A model generated the notes under the pieces. That model was given only the letters and a program-made list of their open reading frames with translations, had not been told where the DNA came from and ran no database searches. A DNA stretch of 64,000 bases from Macrostomum lignano (Eukaryota). The stretch's first letter is position 1; each line of letters starts with the position of its first letter. Positions 51,721 through 63,883 of the stretch are shown here, in pieces. The stretch is from positions 1-64,000 of the forward strand of contig NIVC01001776.1 of NCBI GenBank assembly GCA_002269645.1. The letters run 5' to 3'. The translations under genes were made by a program, and so were the position numbers.

Positions 51721-52645
51721 ATGAATGACTCTTGTTTCTATCTGATTTTACTGACAGCTTTTAGCTGCACCGCTGCCAACTCCTCAGGTAATCCTTGGCG
51801 ATTGTCGCATGTCAGCTTTTGAGGGACGCCAGCGCCATGGCCTCCCGGGCCAGATTGCTACCAGTTTCTTTATCAACTTGCTACCAGCAAACACTACCGA
51901 ACAGAGTGGCTTCAAGTGCGCCACAAAGTGCGCCGCACTTCAGCCCTGCGACTGCGCAGCCTTTACCGTCGCTCGAGAGACGAAGCTCTGCCTGATGTCC
52001 GCGGTCTGGGGCGCCGACTTCTCCGCCGCTGCACCTGGCGGACCCGTCTATCGGAGGCGACTGCTTCAATCGAGTAAGCGAAACTTTTTAATGTGATTTA
52101 GCTTCAGTGCGAAGAGGTATTTTAATGCATGCGAAAATATTCTCTATCTCAGAACCGTATGCCTGCGTTAGCAACAGAATATTCGAGTACGAGGCTGGCT
52201 TCGGAGATGGCGCTGACTTTTGGATCGGTAAGCTGAGTTTCTCCGTGTTCAGCACACAGATGTTCACAGAGCACAACTATATGAAACACTAATGTTTTAT
52301 GTAACTTAAGGTCTCCGTTCGATTCACGAGCTGACCGGAAGCGCCCCGAAGCTGCTGAGAGTCGAGGCCGTCACCTGGTCGGATGTCCTCTTCGTGGCTG
52401 AGTACTCCGGCTTCACCGTGGGCGATGCCAGCACCAGCTACACCATGACCTTCGGCTCGTACCTGACTGGCAGCTCCAATATGAGCAGCGACTCGCTCAG
52501 CTATCACAAAGGCATGCAGTTCTCCACCAAGGACCGGGACAATGACATGTATGGTTCTGGTTCCTGTTCAAGAATTTGCGGTTTCGGTGGCTGGTGGTAC
52601 AAAATGTGTGCAAGCGCGAATCCGAACGGGATGTACCGCAAATAG
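51721..52645 (+). CDS. PAN-like + FReD gene copy 2 (exons 51721-51787, ~51888-52073, 52153-52227, 52311-52645), internally deleted and C-terminally truncated
   Basis: Signal peptide MNDSCFYLILLTAFSCTAANSS; KCATKC...CDC...ETKLC. Exon 3 lacks about 18 aa (the VIQQRL..W segment) relative to copy 3, and the stop follows NPNGMYRK. The exon 2 acceptor is uncertain. Confidence 0.7.
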
Positions 52646-52734
52646 ATTTAAAGCCGAGCGAAATGGACTGTGTTTCCTAGGAAGATTTAAAACTACCTTC
52701 TGTTTTCCACCGACTTCTGAGCACATCCAGGCGC

Positions 52735-52870
52735 GCCAATACTGTACTCAGGCACGCACTGATGCACACGCTCACACAGGGTGTACAGCGGCCCTGGATT
52801 TCTGATCGTCAAGCATGTACACTCTCTGTGCCTTGGGGGTTGGCCGTTATTCGTGCACAAGCGCAAATGA
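52735..52870 (-). mobile_element. SINE family copy
   Basis: cacagggtgtacagcggccctgg...gcatgtacactctctgtgccttgg. Confidence 0.6.
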
Positions 52871-53707
52871 ATGGTACCAGAGGCCGTGGCGCCACAGTCG
52901 GATGAAGGTGGATGAATAACAATGAAGACATCAAATGTACTCCTACAATTTTGTATTTACCATTTCGCAATGCTAATAGATCTAAATAAAATTGTCTCTA
53001 CTATGCTTTATGAGATTTAATCTTCAAAGTTTCTTACGGGCTTGTTGCTACCGCCACTGTCTGTGCCCCAAAACTCCTATCTATACAGTACTGTATATGA
53101 TGAAGCTCATAGGAAAATGGAGCTCCAGTCGCTGCCTTGTGAACTACAGTCTTCAAGTTAGCATTATTCTGCAATTTCTTCAAATTTGATGGAAGACTGC
53201 CAAGTGTTTTTTTAAAAGCAACTCTGTGCCCTGCTTCAATTTTTCGCTCAGGGACAACTCAAAACAGTGCGAGTTTGATTGACAGCAGAGGAACAGAATT
53301 AGCAACTGTTTCTTGATACCGTTTTACTGTCTCTTGCAGCACCCCCCCCCACCCACCAGGAGCTGCAGGAAGCTCCATTTCCGTCACAGCCGCTCCACCT
53401 CGCAGTCCGGTGTGGATGCAACTGGCGTCAGCTGATGCATCAGAGCAGAAATTCAGCAAATGCAATGCAATGTTCAAACTTCCTTTCGCTAGCAGCATCT
53501 CAAGGCAGAGAGTCCGCAAGACGGCAATGTTAAAACGATGTAGAAAAAATGAAAAGATGTATTTTTAGACCGGAAAATGTGTATAAATCTCTTCGTTTGT
53601 GCTGCATCGTCTGCTGCATATCCAAGGAAGAAACGCTCCCGCTCGTCTACAGTTTTAGACAATAAGTTACATAATTATCCGTAACTTAATTCCTAACGAT
53701 TCTAAAA

Positions 53708-54857
53708 ATGATTAACCCTACCACCTTCGTCCTGATTGCAGCTGCATGCTGCACGATTGCCAAATCCTCAGGTAAGCAGCTTCTGTTTTGCATCGATCAT
53801 TCTAAAGAGCATCAAAATTCCTCAAACTTCATCTTTGAGAAAAAATGATTTTCATTGCCCGTAGCTACTGATCTTATTGACAAATAATTGCCAGGCAATG
53901 AGTTCTTGAGCGCACCGGCAGCGCAGGTAGAGGCGGCTGCAATGACGTCATCGGGTGGCCGGAGTGGCGTCGAGTGCGTCACAAAATGCGCCGCCGTCCC
54001 TCCTTGCGAATGCGCGGCCACCGCCTTCCTGTCGGAGACGAAGCTCTGCCTGCTGTCCGCGGTCTGGGGCGCCGACTTCTCCGCCGCTGCACCTGGCAGG
54101 CCCGTCTATCGGAGGCGACTGTTTCGATCCCGTGAGGAGCTGCTCTATAAGTTACTGTGATATGCTAGATCTTTAACACCAGTCCCAAATTTATTTCGCT
54201 ATGTTTCAGAGCCGTATGCTTGCGTTGGAGCCAGAGCGTTTGTCGTCATTCAGCAGCGACTCACAGGAAGTGTGAGTTTTGCCCATCCATGGTCTGAGTA
54301 CGAGACTGGCTTTGGAGACGGTACCGACTTCTGGATTGGTAAGAGGAGGCTCCGTTTGAATTTAAAATCACTGCTTCGACTGTATACAGTGCCACTCGAG
54401 GATCTATAAGTATAAAATGCTTTTCCAAGGTCTCCGTTCGATTCACGAGATGACCGGAAGCGCCCCGAAGCTGCTGAGAGTCGAGGCCGTCACCTGGTCG
54501 AGTGTCCTGTACGTCGCTGAGTACTCCGGCTTCACCGTGGGCGACGCCAGCACCAGCTACACCATGAACTTCGGCTCTTACCTGACTGGCAGCTCCAACA
54601 TGACTAGCGATTCGCTCAGCTATCACAAAGGCATGCAGTTCTCCACCATGGACCGGGACAATGACCACAGCTCCGGATCCTGCTCAGCTACTCACGGCAA
54701 TGGCGGCTGGTGGTACCGCGCATGCTACTATTCCAATCCGAATGGGATATATCGGAACTCCGCTTCTCATGACGCAACATCTGTTGTGTGGAATGGAGCC
54801 ACAAATGGATACGTGACCGCTCTCAAGAGCATCCGACTCATGCTGAAAGCTGTTTAA
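53708..54857 (+). CDS. PAN-like + FReD gene copy 3, intact (exons 53708-53771, 53895-54131, 54210-54338, 54430-54857)
   Basis: Signal peptide MINPTTFVLIAAACCTIAKSS; all introns GT-AG in phase 1; complete FReD ending GGWWYRACYYSNPNG...LKSIRLMLKAV*. Confidence 0.9.
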
Positions 54858-55650
54858 CTGTGCTACAAATTTTGAGAGCAAGAGCGGAACTGACAGCTGT
54901 TGAAGCATCACACTCAAATTGACGCGATGGCAGTTGGCTGCTTACTATAACCTCTCCTTGAAACTGGAAACTATTTAAATTCCATCGCTTGTATCTGGGT
55001 TAGGAAACTATACTTCTTAATAACAGGCATCCCATGTAATCTAGATATAATTATAGCTTGCAGAAGCATTCTAATATATATCACTTGTGATGATTAAAAA
55101 CTCTTTCAAAATATTTGACAGAGCGTCAGTAACTTCTTCAAGCATGCAGCATTGGCTCTGACTTTACGAGTATCAGGCAAGCCAAAATTTCTGCTTTCCA
55201 AACTGTCAATCAACCTAAACGGCCCTCTTACAGAGTCGCGTCTATACATACTCGTAGATTCACTTAAATTTGAAAAACCAGACATTTTCGCAGCTCCGTA
55301 ACGTCCCCAAACCACGTTTTTTTACTCCAAGGCAATGCGCTGAGAGCTCCCTGCAACTGCTGCATCTTCTAATCCGTCTCAATTCCTGTCGCCCTGTGTT
55401 TGCCCGCCTCTTCCCCATCTTGAAGAGTGCTCATCTCTGGCGTATTCCAACCAGCATGCTGCGAGTTCGATAGATTCCACGCAGAACGCGTTTTTTGATG
55501 AACGAAAATCAAGTTTGCTTTTACTTAGCAGGCGATATAAATGACATGAGTCGTGGTTTCAGTGAGATGGCGAAAGCTCTCGTGCTGCTAATAAGATAGA
55601 ATGATCTCTCGATCTGGCTAACTTTTCTGTTCATCCCAAGTTGACCCAAA

Positions 55651-57191
55651 ATGAAATGCCTTGGTACAATAATTACTCTGACAACTCAAGTTGCTGCGTT
55701 CGTCAGTGCAACTGATGGCACAGGTAAGCCATAATCCTAAGTTGTGGCAACGCTAGGAGCATACGGGGTTTTATTGTTTTTACGAGTATTTGATGCAGGG
55801 GCTGTGTGCACCCTGGCGCACTTTAAGCGACATTGTCACACAACCGGTGAGAGGCATTACTGCCTCCCCTGAGCAGGCACACAAGCGAGCGGTGCACACG
55901 CAGTCATGCCCACAGGCACATACTCACTTAGGAGTGTACAGCGGCCCAACTTTATTTATCATTAGGCATGTACACTTCACTGTGCCATGGTGTTTGGCCC
56001 TCAAAGGTGTTAATTGCATGAGTAGCCCCAAGCCAAGGTTCCAATTTAGCCCTCACATGAATGTGACTGCACTTGGAATCGAGCCTTTGCCGCTGGGACA
56101 TCCGAGCGACGCACTAGACCGCTACGGCCCCTTGTATCAGATGGCTGGCTACGACCTACATGCACGCAGTTATCTATGAAACTGGTAAAAAGTCTCTCAT
56201 TTCTAATAAAAGAATCTCTGGCAAATTCTTCAGCTGCTGAATTCTCTACAACATCGGCAGCCCCAGTGCAGGCTGCTTCGATGACGTCATCGTCTAGACG
56301 GAGTGTCGTCGACTGCATCACAAAATGCGCCGCCGTCCCTACTTGTGAATGCGCGGCCTCCGCCTTCCTGTCGGAGACGAAGCTCTGCCTGATGTCCGCG
56401 GTCTGGGGCGCCGACTTCTCCGCCGCTGCACCTGGCAAACCCGTCTATCGGAGGCAACTGCTTCGATCCCGTAAGGAGCTGCTATGTGTTGTATTTTGAT
56501 GTTCAAGACCTTAAACACGGGTGCAAATTCAATTTTTCTGTTTCAGAGCCGGCAGTGCAGGTTGAAGACAAAACATTCACTGTGATTCAGCAGCGACTGG
56601 TTGGAAGGCTGAGCTTTGCCAGATGCTGGACTGAGTACGAGACCGGCTTTGGAGACGGCACCGACTTCTGGCTGGGTAGGTGTACTGAACCAGGGTCCAG
56701 TCAGGATTATGCTGAAGTACATGTAAGGCTAAAGTTTGCATTTAAACTCAATATTCGCAGGTCTTCGAACCATCAACCAGCTGACTGGCAGCGCCCCAAA
56801 GCTGCTGAGAGTCGAGGCCGTCACCTGGTCGAATATCCTGTACGTGGCTGAGTACTCCGGCTTCACCGTGGGCGACGCCAGCACAAAATACACTATGACG
56901 TTCGGCTCTTACCTGAGTGACAGCTCAAACATGACTAGCGATTCGCTCAGCTATCACAAAGGCATGCAGTTCTCCACCATGGACCGGGACAATGAAATTC
57001 ACAGCTCCGGATCCTGCTCAGCTACTTACGGCAATGGCGGCTGGTGGTACCGCAAGTGCTACAGTTCGAATCCGAATGGGATTTATCGGAACTCCGCTTC
57101 TCGTGACGCAACATCTGTTGTGTGGAAGGGAGCCACAAATGGACACCTGATCGCTCTTAAGAGCATCCGACTCATGCTGAAAGCGGTTTAG
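55651..57191 (+). CDS. PAN-like + FReD gene copy 4, intact (exons 55651-55723, 56234-56470, 56547-56675, 56761-57191)
   Basis: Signal peptide MKCLGTIITLTTQVAAFVSATD; phase-1 GT-AG introns; complete FReD. Confidence 0.9.
55795..56135 (-). mobile_element. Most complete copy of the tRNA-derived SINE family (intron 1 of FReD copy 4)
   Basis: Minus-strand head GGGGCCGTAGCGGTCTAGTGCGTCG...GGCTCGATTCC (A/B-box-like), followed by a body shared with copies at 1.6, 19.1, 26.3, 49.2, 50.9, 52.8, 57.3 and 59.8 kb. Confidence 0.68.
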
Positions 57192-58319
57192 CATTGTGGT
57201 TTATATTGCACGCAGCAATATCGTCATCGGCCCAACAGTGTTCCATCGCGGCTTTTTGATGCGCCAGCAGGCCAGACTCGATGCCAAGGGCAGTCACATT
57301 GACTTGGGGCTAAACTGGATTCTCGGCTTGGGTCTGCTCGTGCAATCAACGGCCTTGAGGGCCAACCTCCATGACACAATAAATAAAGTTTTCATTTGAG
57401 CTATACAATACAATAGACTTCATTATTTAATGTGAGAAGAAGTTAACCTAATTTTTATACAATTTCTCCACTGATTTGAAACTTTTCATGTATCTTTACG
57501 GTTTTATCCGTTTTTTAGTCTTTCAGCTATGAGCTGCGCTTACTGTGCTATCGAAATATCCGAAAGCATTTTGTAAATCACAGACTTACTGAAGGTTTAC
57601 GGATGTCAAAGGCAATATACGAGCGTATGCTTTACATCTTCGATCAACAGGGTGCCTTTGGCATAAATGTGCAAGTTGACTAAAATGAGCTTTAATCCAT
57701 GGAGTAAATTGAGCTGCCTTCCCAACAATTACCGCCTAGAGGGAAGTCTTGAGAAGATTGGTAAAATTTTTCTGAGAGAGTTACAGAAAATAACTGTTGT
57801 ATCCATAAGTTTGAGCTAGGCACCAAGAGGCCACATTAGATAGATGCTTTATCAACTTGGGTTAATGTGGGCAGGTGGCTAAATTGCATCATCAGAAATG
57901 TTACACTTGACCTGACTGTAATGGATCCCTCAAAAAGGAATTCGTTGTGCGGAATGGCTAAAATTATGGATCTCAAGTCTTCCTAATGGCAGTTCGTCTG
58001 TTTGCATTTCGCCACGATATTGGCTTAGCAGTTTCTAAAATTTTTAGATATTCCACAAAAATTATACGAGGCATTGTTTGTTTAACTTTATTTGCTCAGA
58101 TGCCAAGTGATTTGAGGGGGTAGCGACAATAAGCCGCTTCTCTGCAGATAAACTGATAAAAAGTTTCGGACGAAGCTCTGAAAAAAGGAGTAGAAAGCAA
58201 GCTCAACTTGCTCAGAGCTACAAAGGCTTAGCAGCAATAAATGTATATCTGCTTCTCGCATTGACACAACTGCGCAGAAAAATAGCAAAGGCAAAAAACA
58301 TTTCTTGAGCATTCGAAAT

Positions 58320-59505
58320 ATGAGTCGTTGTGTTCTGGTGGCAGCAAAACTGATTCTTCTACTTGCAGGCTGCACGGCAGAGGGTAAGAATTAACAAAAC
58401 TTTTTAGTGTCAAAGGATAATTGAACCAACAGGCATTTTGATTAATTCTCAAATGCAGAGTTCTCAGTCCAGTCAGTGGACCCCACTATAAGCACGGGCT
58501 ACAGAGCTTTTCCAGGTAGCAGCGAACGAGATTGCGTCATGAAGTGTGACGCTCTCGGCAGGAAGCGCTGCTCTGCTGCCGTGTTTTTGCCTGAAACAGG
58601 TCGGTGCCTCACCTCCATCCTGCGCAACGCCAGCTTTGGAGCCGCTGGTGGCAGCGGTCAGGTCTTTCGCCGCCGTGTCGACAGTCTCGAGCCGTGTAAG
58701 CACAATTGCTGAGAAAAACTTGCAGAATTCAGATTCTACTACAGCCACAATCTAACATTGCATCGCATGCTTTCAGACATGGTAGACGAGCGGATGTTTT
58801 TTGCCATACTGAAAAGGGAGAAAGGCAGTTTGAGCTTCGCACAGCCGTGGTCTGCCTATGAAAACGGTTTCGAGGATGACACTGACTTCTGGATTGGTGA
58901 GAATTCATGGACAACTGAAGTAGATTTTCTTAGAAATGAGATTAAGGCCAGTAACGAGCATATATTTGCCTTATCTCCAGTGCATTTAGTATGCTTCAGA
59001 GACCGCATAGCTCTGAATGGGGTTTCGCCACGAAGAAATTTGGTTGAGTTTTCTCTCTCGAATTTGTCCAGGTCTTTTCATCATCAACGAGCTGACTGGC
59101 AGAACTCCGAGAGTGCTGAGGGTGGAGGCTGTCACCTGGGCTGACGACTTGTTCATCGCCGAGTACTCCGGCTTCAGCGTCGGCGATGCCAGCACCAACT
59201 ACGCCATGACCTTCGGTTCATACCTCAGTGACAGCTCAAACATGACGGGAGACGCTCTGGCCTTTCAAAATAACAGTCAGTTCTCCACTATGGACCGGGA
59301 CAACGATGGCAGGTCCGGCACCAGCTGCTCTGTGGCCTTTTGCGGCAACGGCGGCTGGTGGTACTCGAGCTGCGCCTTCTGCAACCCAAGCGGCGTCTAC
59401 GCGACCTCTGCCGTAGCTGATTCGCTCCGAAAGATGATGTGGAGGTATGCGACTGAAGGCAGGTACGAGGCTCTGAAAAGCATCCAACTCATACTGGAGC
59501 TGTGA
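58320..59505 (+). CDS. PAN-like + FReD gene copy 5, intact and most divergent (exons 58320-58383, 58459-58695, 58777-58896, 59072-59505)
   Basis: Signal peptide MSRCVLVAAKLILLLAGCTAE; DCVMKC...RCSAAVFLPETGRC; YENGF..DTDFWIG; FSTMDRDND...GGWWYSSC...LKSIQLILEL*. Confidence 0.88.
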
Positions 59506-59744
59506 GAGCTTCATATTATGACTTTAACGACTTTGCCAACAACGCCAACCTTCGATCAACTTCGACAATAAAGCAAACCATTCGAAACATGTCTCGAGCC
59601 ATCAGAGACGACAATTTTCACCTTTTGATTAGGCAATAAACAAATGCTTTTTGATTTTCTACTTTCATAAAGTTTTTGCTAACGCACATTTAATAACAGT
59701 GAGACCTACCTAGCCTAGTGATTTAGTGTAGCCTGAATCTCGGC

Positions 59745-59935
59745 TTGGCCTGCTTGTGCAATTAACGCCAACTTGAGAGCCAACCCACAAAAAGGCACAG
59801 TGAAGTGTACATGCCTAACGATAAATTAAATAAAGTTAGGGCTGCTGTACACTCCTGTGTGAGTGAGTGCCTGTGTGTATGACTGCGTACGTATCCGCGC
59901 GCTTGTGTGCCTGCTCAGGGGAGTTGGCGGAATGG
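59745..59935 (+). mobile_element. SINE family copy, inverted relative to the 55.8-kb copy
   Basis: gcacagtgaagtgtacatgcctaa...gctgtacactcct...gcttgtgtgcctgctcagggga matches the reverse complement of 55860-55985. Confidence 0.65.
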
Positions 59936-60065
59936 GCAGCAATGCCATTCGCCGGTTGATGTAGCCTTATCGCTTGGTACAATGACAATCAATGGTGATG
60001 CGTGGGCGTACACTACACATGTACGTTACCTTTAGAAGGCACTTTGTGGTTGGGGCGCACTGGGT

Positions 60066-60766
60066 TTGGGGGCTCTGTGGGGTAGGCGCTGTGGGGTAGG
60101 GGGCTGTAGGGTAGGGGGCTGAGGGGTAGGGTGCTGTGGGGTAGGGGCTGTGGGGTAGGGGCGTGGGGTAGGGGGCTGGGGGGTAGGGGGCTGGGGGGTA
60201 GGGGGCTGAGGGGTAGGGGCTGTGGGGTAGGGGGCTCTGTGTGGTAGGCGCTGTGGGGTAGGGGGCTGTAGGGTAGGGGATGAGGGGTAGGGTGCTGTGG
60301 GGTAGGGCTGTGGGGTAGGGGCGTGGGGTAGGGGGCTGGGGGTAGGGGCTGGGGGTAGGGGGCTGGGGGTAGGGGCTGTGGGGTAGGGGGCTCTGTGTGG
60401 TAGGCGCTGTGGGGTAGGGGGCTGTGGGGTAGGGGGCTGAGGGGTAGAGGGCTGTGGGGTAGGGGGCTGTGGGGTAGGGGGCTCTGTGTGGTAGGCGCTG
60501 TGGGGTAGGGGGCTGTAGGGTAGGGGGATGAGGGGTAGGGGCTGAGGGGTAGGGGCTGGGGGTAGGGGGCTGTAGGGTAGGGGGCTGTGGGGTAGGGGCT
60601 GCGGGGTAGGGGGCTGTAGGGTAGGGGGCTGTGGGGTAGGGGCTGAGGGGTAGGGGCTGAGGGGTAGGGGCTGAGGGGTAGGGGCTGAGGGGTAGGGGCT
60701 GAGGGGTAGGGGCTGAGGGGTAGGGGCTGAGGGGTAGGGGCTGGGTGGAGGGGGCTGTAGGAGGGG
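60066..60766. repeat. G-rich satellite built on GGGGTAGGGG(G)CTG variants
   Basis: Direct reading; dense G3-G5 tracts. The Pro-rich minus-strand ORFs are its translations. Confidence 0.95.
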
Positions 60767-61830
60767 ACAAACATCAGAGAGTAGATCTGAACTCAAAATT
60801 AGCTGCAACAATGCATCGGACACTAAATTGATTTTGCTATAATATTCATAATGCTATTTATGTATTCAATATGCAGTGCTTATGAATAGTGTATTTGCCA
60901 AAAATCAAGCAAGTTGAAAATATAACAATTCAGTCTGATCTAAGAAGGATGCAGCAAAGTCGAATAAAATAGAATCGAATAGAAACAGCGAGAGTAAACT
61001 TGTGGTCTAAAAAATAAACAAAAGTATTAAACAAGTTTATAACTATTTCTAGCTATAGCTATGAGTTTGGTAGGCAGAAAAGAAAATATTAAGTTTAAAA
61101 AAATAAAACCGATAAAAGCCAAATAGAATGCGATTACTTAATAACGCTATTTCGATTAAATTTATTTGTTAATACGGATTCTAAAACGACGTGTCTCTAA
61201 TCCATAACTGTGACAAAGGAAAATAGAAATCAAACATTTCAGCTTCATGCCATAACAGTATAGCAGTGTTCTGTCAAGATTAGGAGCTTATATTAAAAAT
61301 GCATTTGCAAACACTTGCATTCAGGTGCCTCAACTGCTGGGCAAATTAATTAATTGATTGCACTGAGTGCTTTGTGAAAGAGACAAACACATAATCAAAA
61401 CAAACAAGCAAAGTTTAAAAGTACATACTATAAGCAGCGGACTTACAGCAATGCGAATAGGCAGTTTAATATTAATCAATGATAAAGACAAAACTAATAC
61501 TTTGCGACTCAAGAGACGGCGACATCAGGTCATGAAAAACGTATTTTTCATTGTTTTCAACGAAAGGAATAAAATATTAAGTATAGAAAATATCTGCGGA
61601 TGGACAACATAATAAACTAAAATTTGATTAAAAAAACTATTTTATGGCGCATGAATATTCCGATCGAAATGAGCACTGTGAAGGCACGCTAACATAATTT
61701 TATAAACATGAAAAGTTTTGTCACAAAAATATTGAATAGAGGCATACATTTATATCATTACTACGCTCGTTGTCAATAATCAATATCAATTAATTAATCG
61801 ATAATAATCAGATACCAACGGATGGTAAGT

Positions 61831-62272
61831 TTACATTGGCGGAGGGGTAGGGTTTGATTTAGAGTGTGTGTACATTGGCGGAGGGGTAGGGTTTGGTTTA
61901 GTGTGTGTACAATGGCGGAGGGGTAGGGTTTGGTTTAGAGTGTGTGTACATTGGCGGAGGGATAGGGTTTGATTTAGAGTGTGTGTACATTGGCGGAGGG
62001 GTAGGGTTTGGTTTAGAGTGTGTGTACATTGGCGGAGGGGTAGGGTTTGGTTTAGAGTGTGTGTACATTGGCGGAGGGGTAGGGTTTGGTTTAGTGTGTG
62101 TACATTGGCGGATGGGTAGGGTTTGGTCAAGAGTGTGTGTACATTGGTGGAGGGGTAGGGTTTGGTCAAGAGTGTGTGTACATTGGCGGAGGGGTAGGGT
62201 TTGGTCTAGAGTGTGTGTACATTGGCGGAGGGGTAGGGTTTGGTCTAGAGTGTGTGTACATTGGTGGAGGGT
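61831..62272. repeat. 39-bp minisatellite, about 11 units
   Basis: Unit TACATTGGCGGAGGGGTAGGGTTTGGTTTAGAGTGTGTG. Confidence 0.95.
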
Positions 62273-62882
62273 GAGTTTCGTCTACAATATCTTCCTAATT
62301 AATTTGTGAATTCAATGTTGAAATGCAGCCAACGTACGGAAATATACGGGCATATAGACAGCAGACGTAACTACAGGCTATTATATATTTAAAAAATATG
62401 ACTTCTACTGCGCGACAAGACAATAACACAATTTAATAGTAAGATAAAAAATAACATGCGATTCGATTCAATGAAAATAGCACGAAAAATAAAACGGGCA
62501 TCACATAGAACTACAGTTAAATAATAATATATTTGTATAACACACACCTAAGTGAATATTGCACCAATGCACAGGAAACACCTTATTGTACAACGGAAAC
62601 GAACTGAAAAGCCTTGCTGGCATATTCAGGGCATCCAATCGAGACCGTGAATGAAAAACCGCAGGCTGTAAAAACTGGCCAGTGACCAAAAAGTACTGGG
62701 TTCGACTCGGGCATGTCGCTGAGGTCGCAGAAAGTCGTACAAACTGAATCCCAATTCATGAGCCTACTGTACTACTGCCGAGGAGGGCCGGGTCATAATA
62801 TCAGTAGTAATGCGCCTGGCTCTCGCGTCACAGTCCGCGGCTTCGATTCCGTGCACTAATACACTTAAGGGGTTTGTCAGGC

Positions 62883-63490
62883 TTAGGGCAAGGGTCATAT
62901 AGTTGGGGTTAGGGCAAGGGTCATATAGTTGGGGTGAGGGCAAGGGTCATATAGTTGGGGTGAGGGCAAGTTCATATAGTTGGGGTTAGGGCAAGGGTCA
63001 TATAGTTGGGGTGAGGGCAAGTTCATATAGTTGGGGTGAGGGCAAGGGTCATATAGTTGGGGTGAGGGCAAGGGTCATATAGTTGGGGTGAGGGCAAGGG
63101 TCATATAGTTGGGGTGAGGGCAAGGGTCATATAGTTGGGGTGAGGGCAAGGGTCATATAGTTGGGGTTAGGGCAAGGGTCATATAGTTAGGGTTTGGGTA
63201 AGGGTCATATAGTTGGGGTGAGGGCAAGGGTCATATAGTTGGGGTGAGGGCAAGGGTCATATAGTTGGGGTTAGGGCAAGGGTCATATAGTTAGGGTTTG
63301 GGTAAGGGTCATATAGTTGGGGTGAGGGCAAGGGTCATATAGTTGGGGTGAGGGCAAGGGTCATATAGTTGGGGTGAGGGCAAGGGTCATATAGTTGGGG
63401 TGAGGGCAAGGGTCATACAGTTGGGGTTAGGGCAAGGGTCATATAGTTGGGGTTAGGGCAAGGGTCATACAGTTGGGGTTAGGGCAAGGG
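62883..63490. repeat. 26-bp minisatellite, about 23 units
   Basis: Unit AGGGCAAGGGTCATATAGTTGGGGT(G/T); some junctions form TTAGGG. Confidence 0.95.
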
Positions 63491-63557
63491 CTGACTGTTG
63501 TCTTAATTTCGGCTCTCCACAAGCCCCAGCGACAAGCCAACAAGCTGAAATGCGCTG

Positions 63558-63883
63558 CTACAGCTGCTGCTGAAGCTGCATCGCCTGCAGCAGCTGTCGG
63601 TGCCTCGCCCGCTCACGGCCCACCAGCTGGTTGAACTCGCGCTCCAGCAGCTGCCTGACGGGAGTGGCGCCCGCGTTCTGCGGCAGCAGTAGCAGCTGAG
63701 CCAAGGTCGACCAGTCGAAGCTCTCGTCCAGTAGCATTAGAGCGCCGTGCACCCCCGACTCCTGCAGCGGGTGCTGATGAACCGCCTGGCCGCCCGCCGA
63801 CGCCGCGGACAGATCCGACGAGAGTGGCAGGCCGATGCGGCACAGCCAGCGGTAGACTCGGTCGCTTGACCAGACCAGCAGGT
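63558..63883 (-). CDS. PPFIA: Liprin-alpha-like gene, apparent last exon encoding the third SAM domain; the gene continues beyond the window
   Basis: DLLVWSSDRVYRWL.RIGL...LQESGVHGALMLLDESFDWSTLAQLL...RQLLEREFNQLV matches the liprin-alpha SAM3 pattern (VWSNxRVxxW...ESGVHGAL..LDE.FD...LEREFNNL). Confidence 0.82.

Noticed and set aside
56060-56135. Possible tRNA gene (also at about 11390-11450, 62700 and 62840)
   Set aside because: A/B-box-like motifs, but I could not fold a cloverleaf; where a body follows, it is dispersed-repeat sequence, so these are treated as SINE heads.
59967-60823. Extensin-like Pro-rich ORFs in three frames
   Set aside because: Reverse complement of a G-rich satellite; open in all frames.
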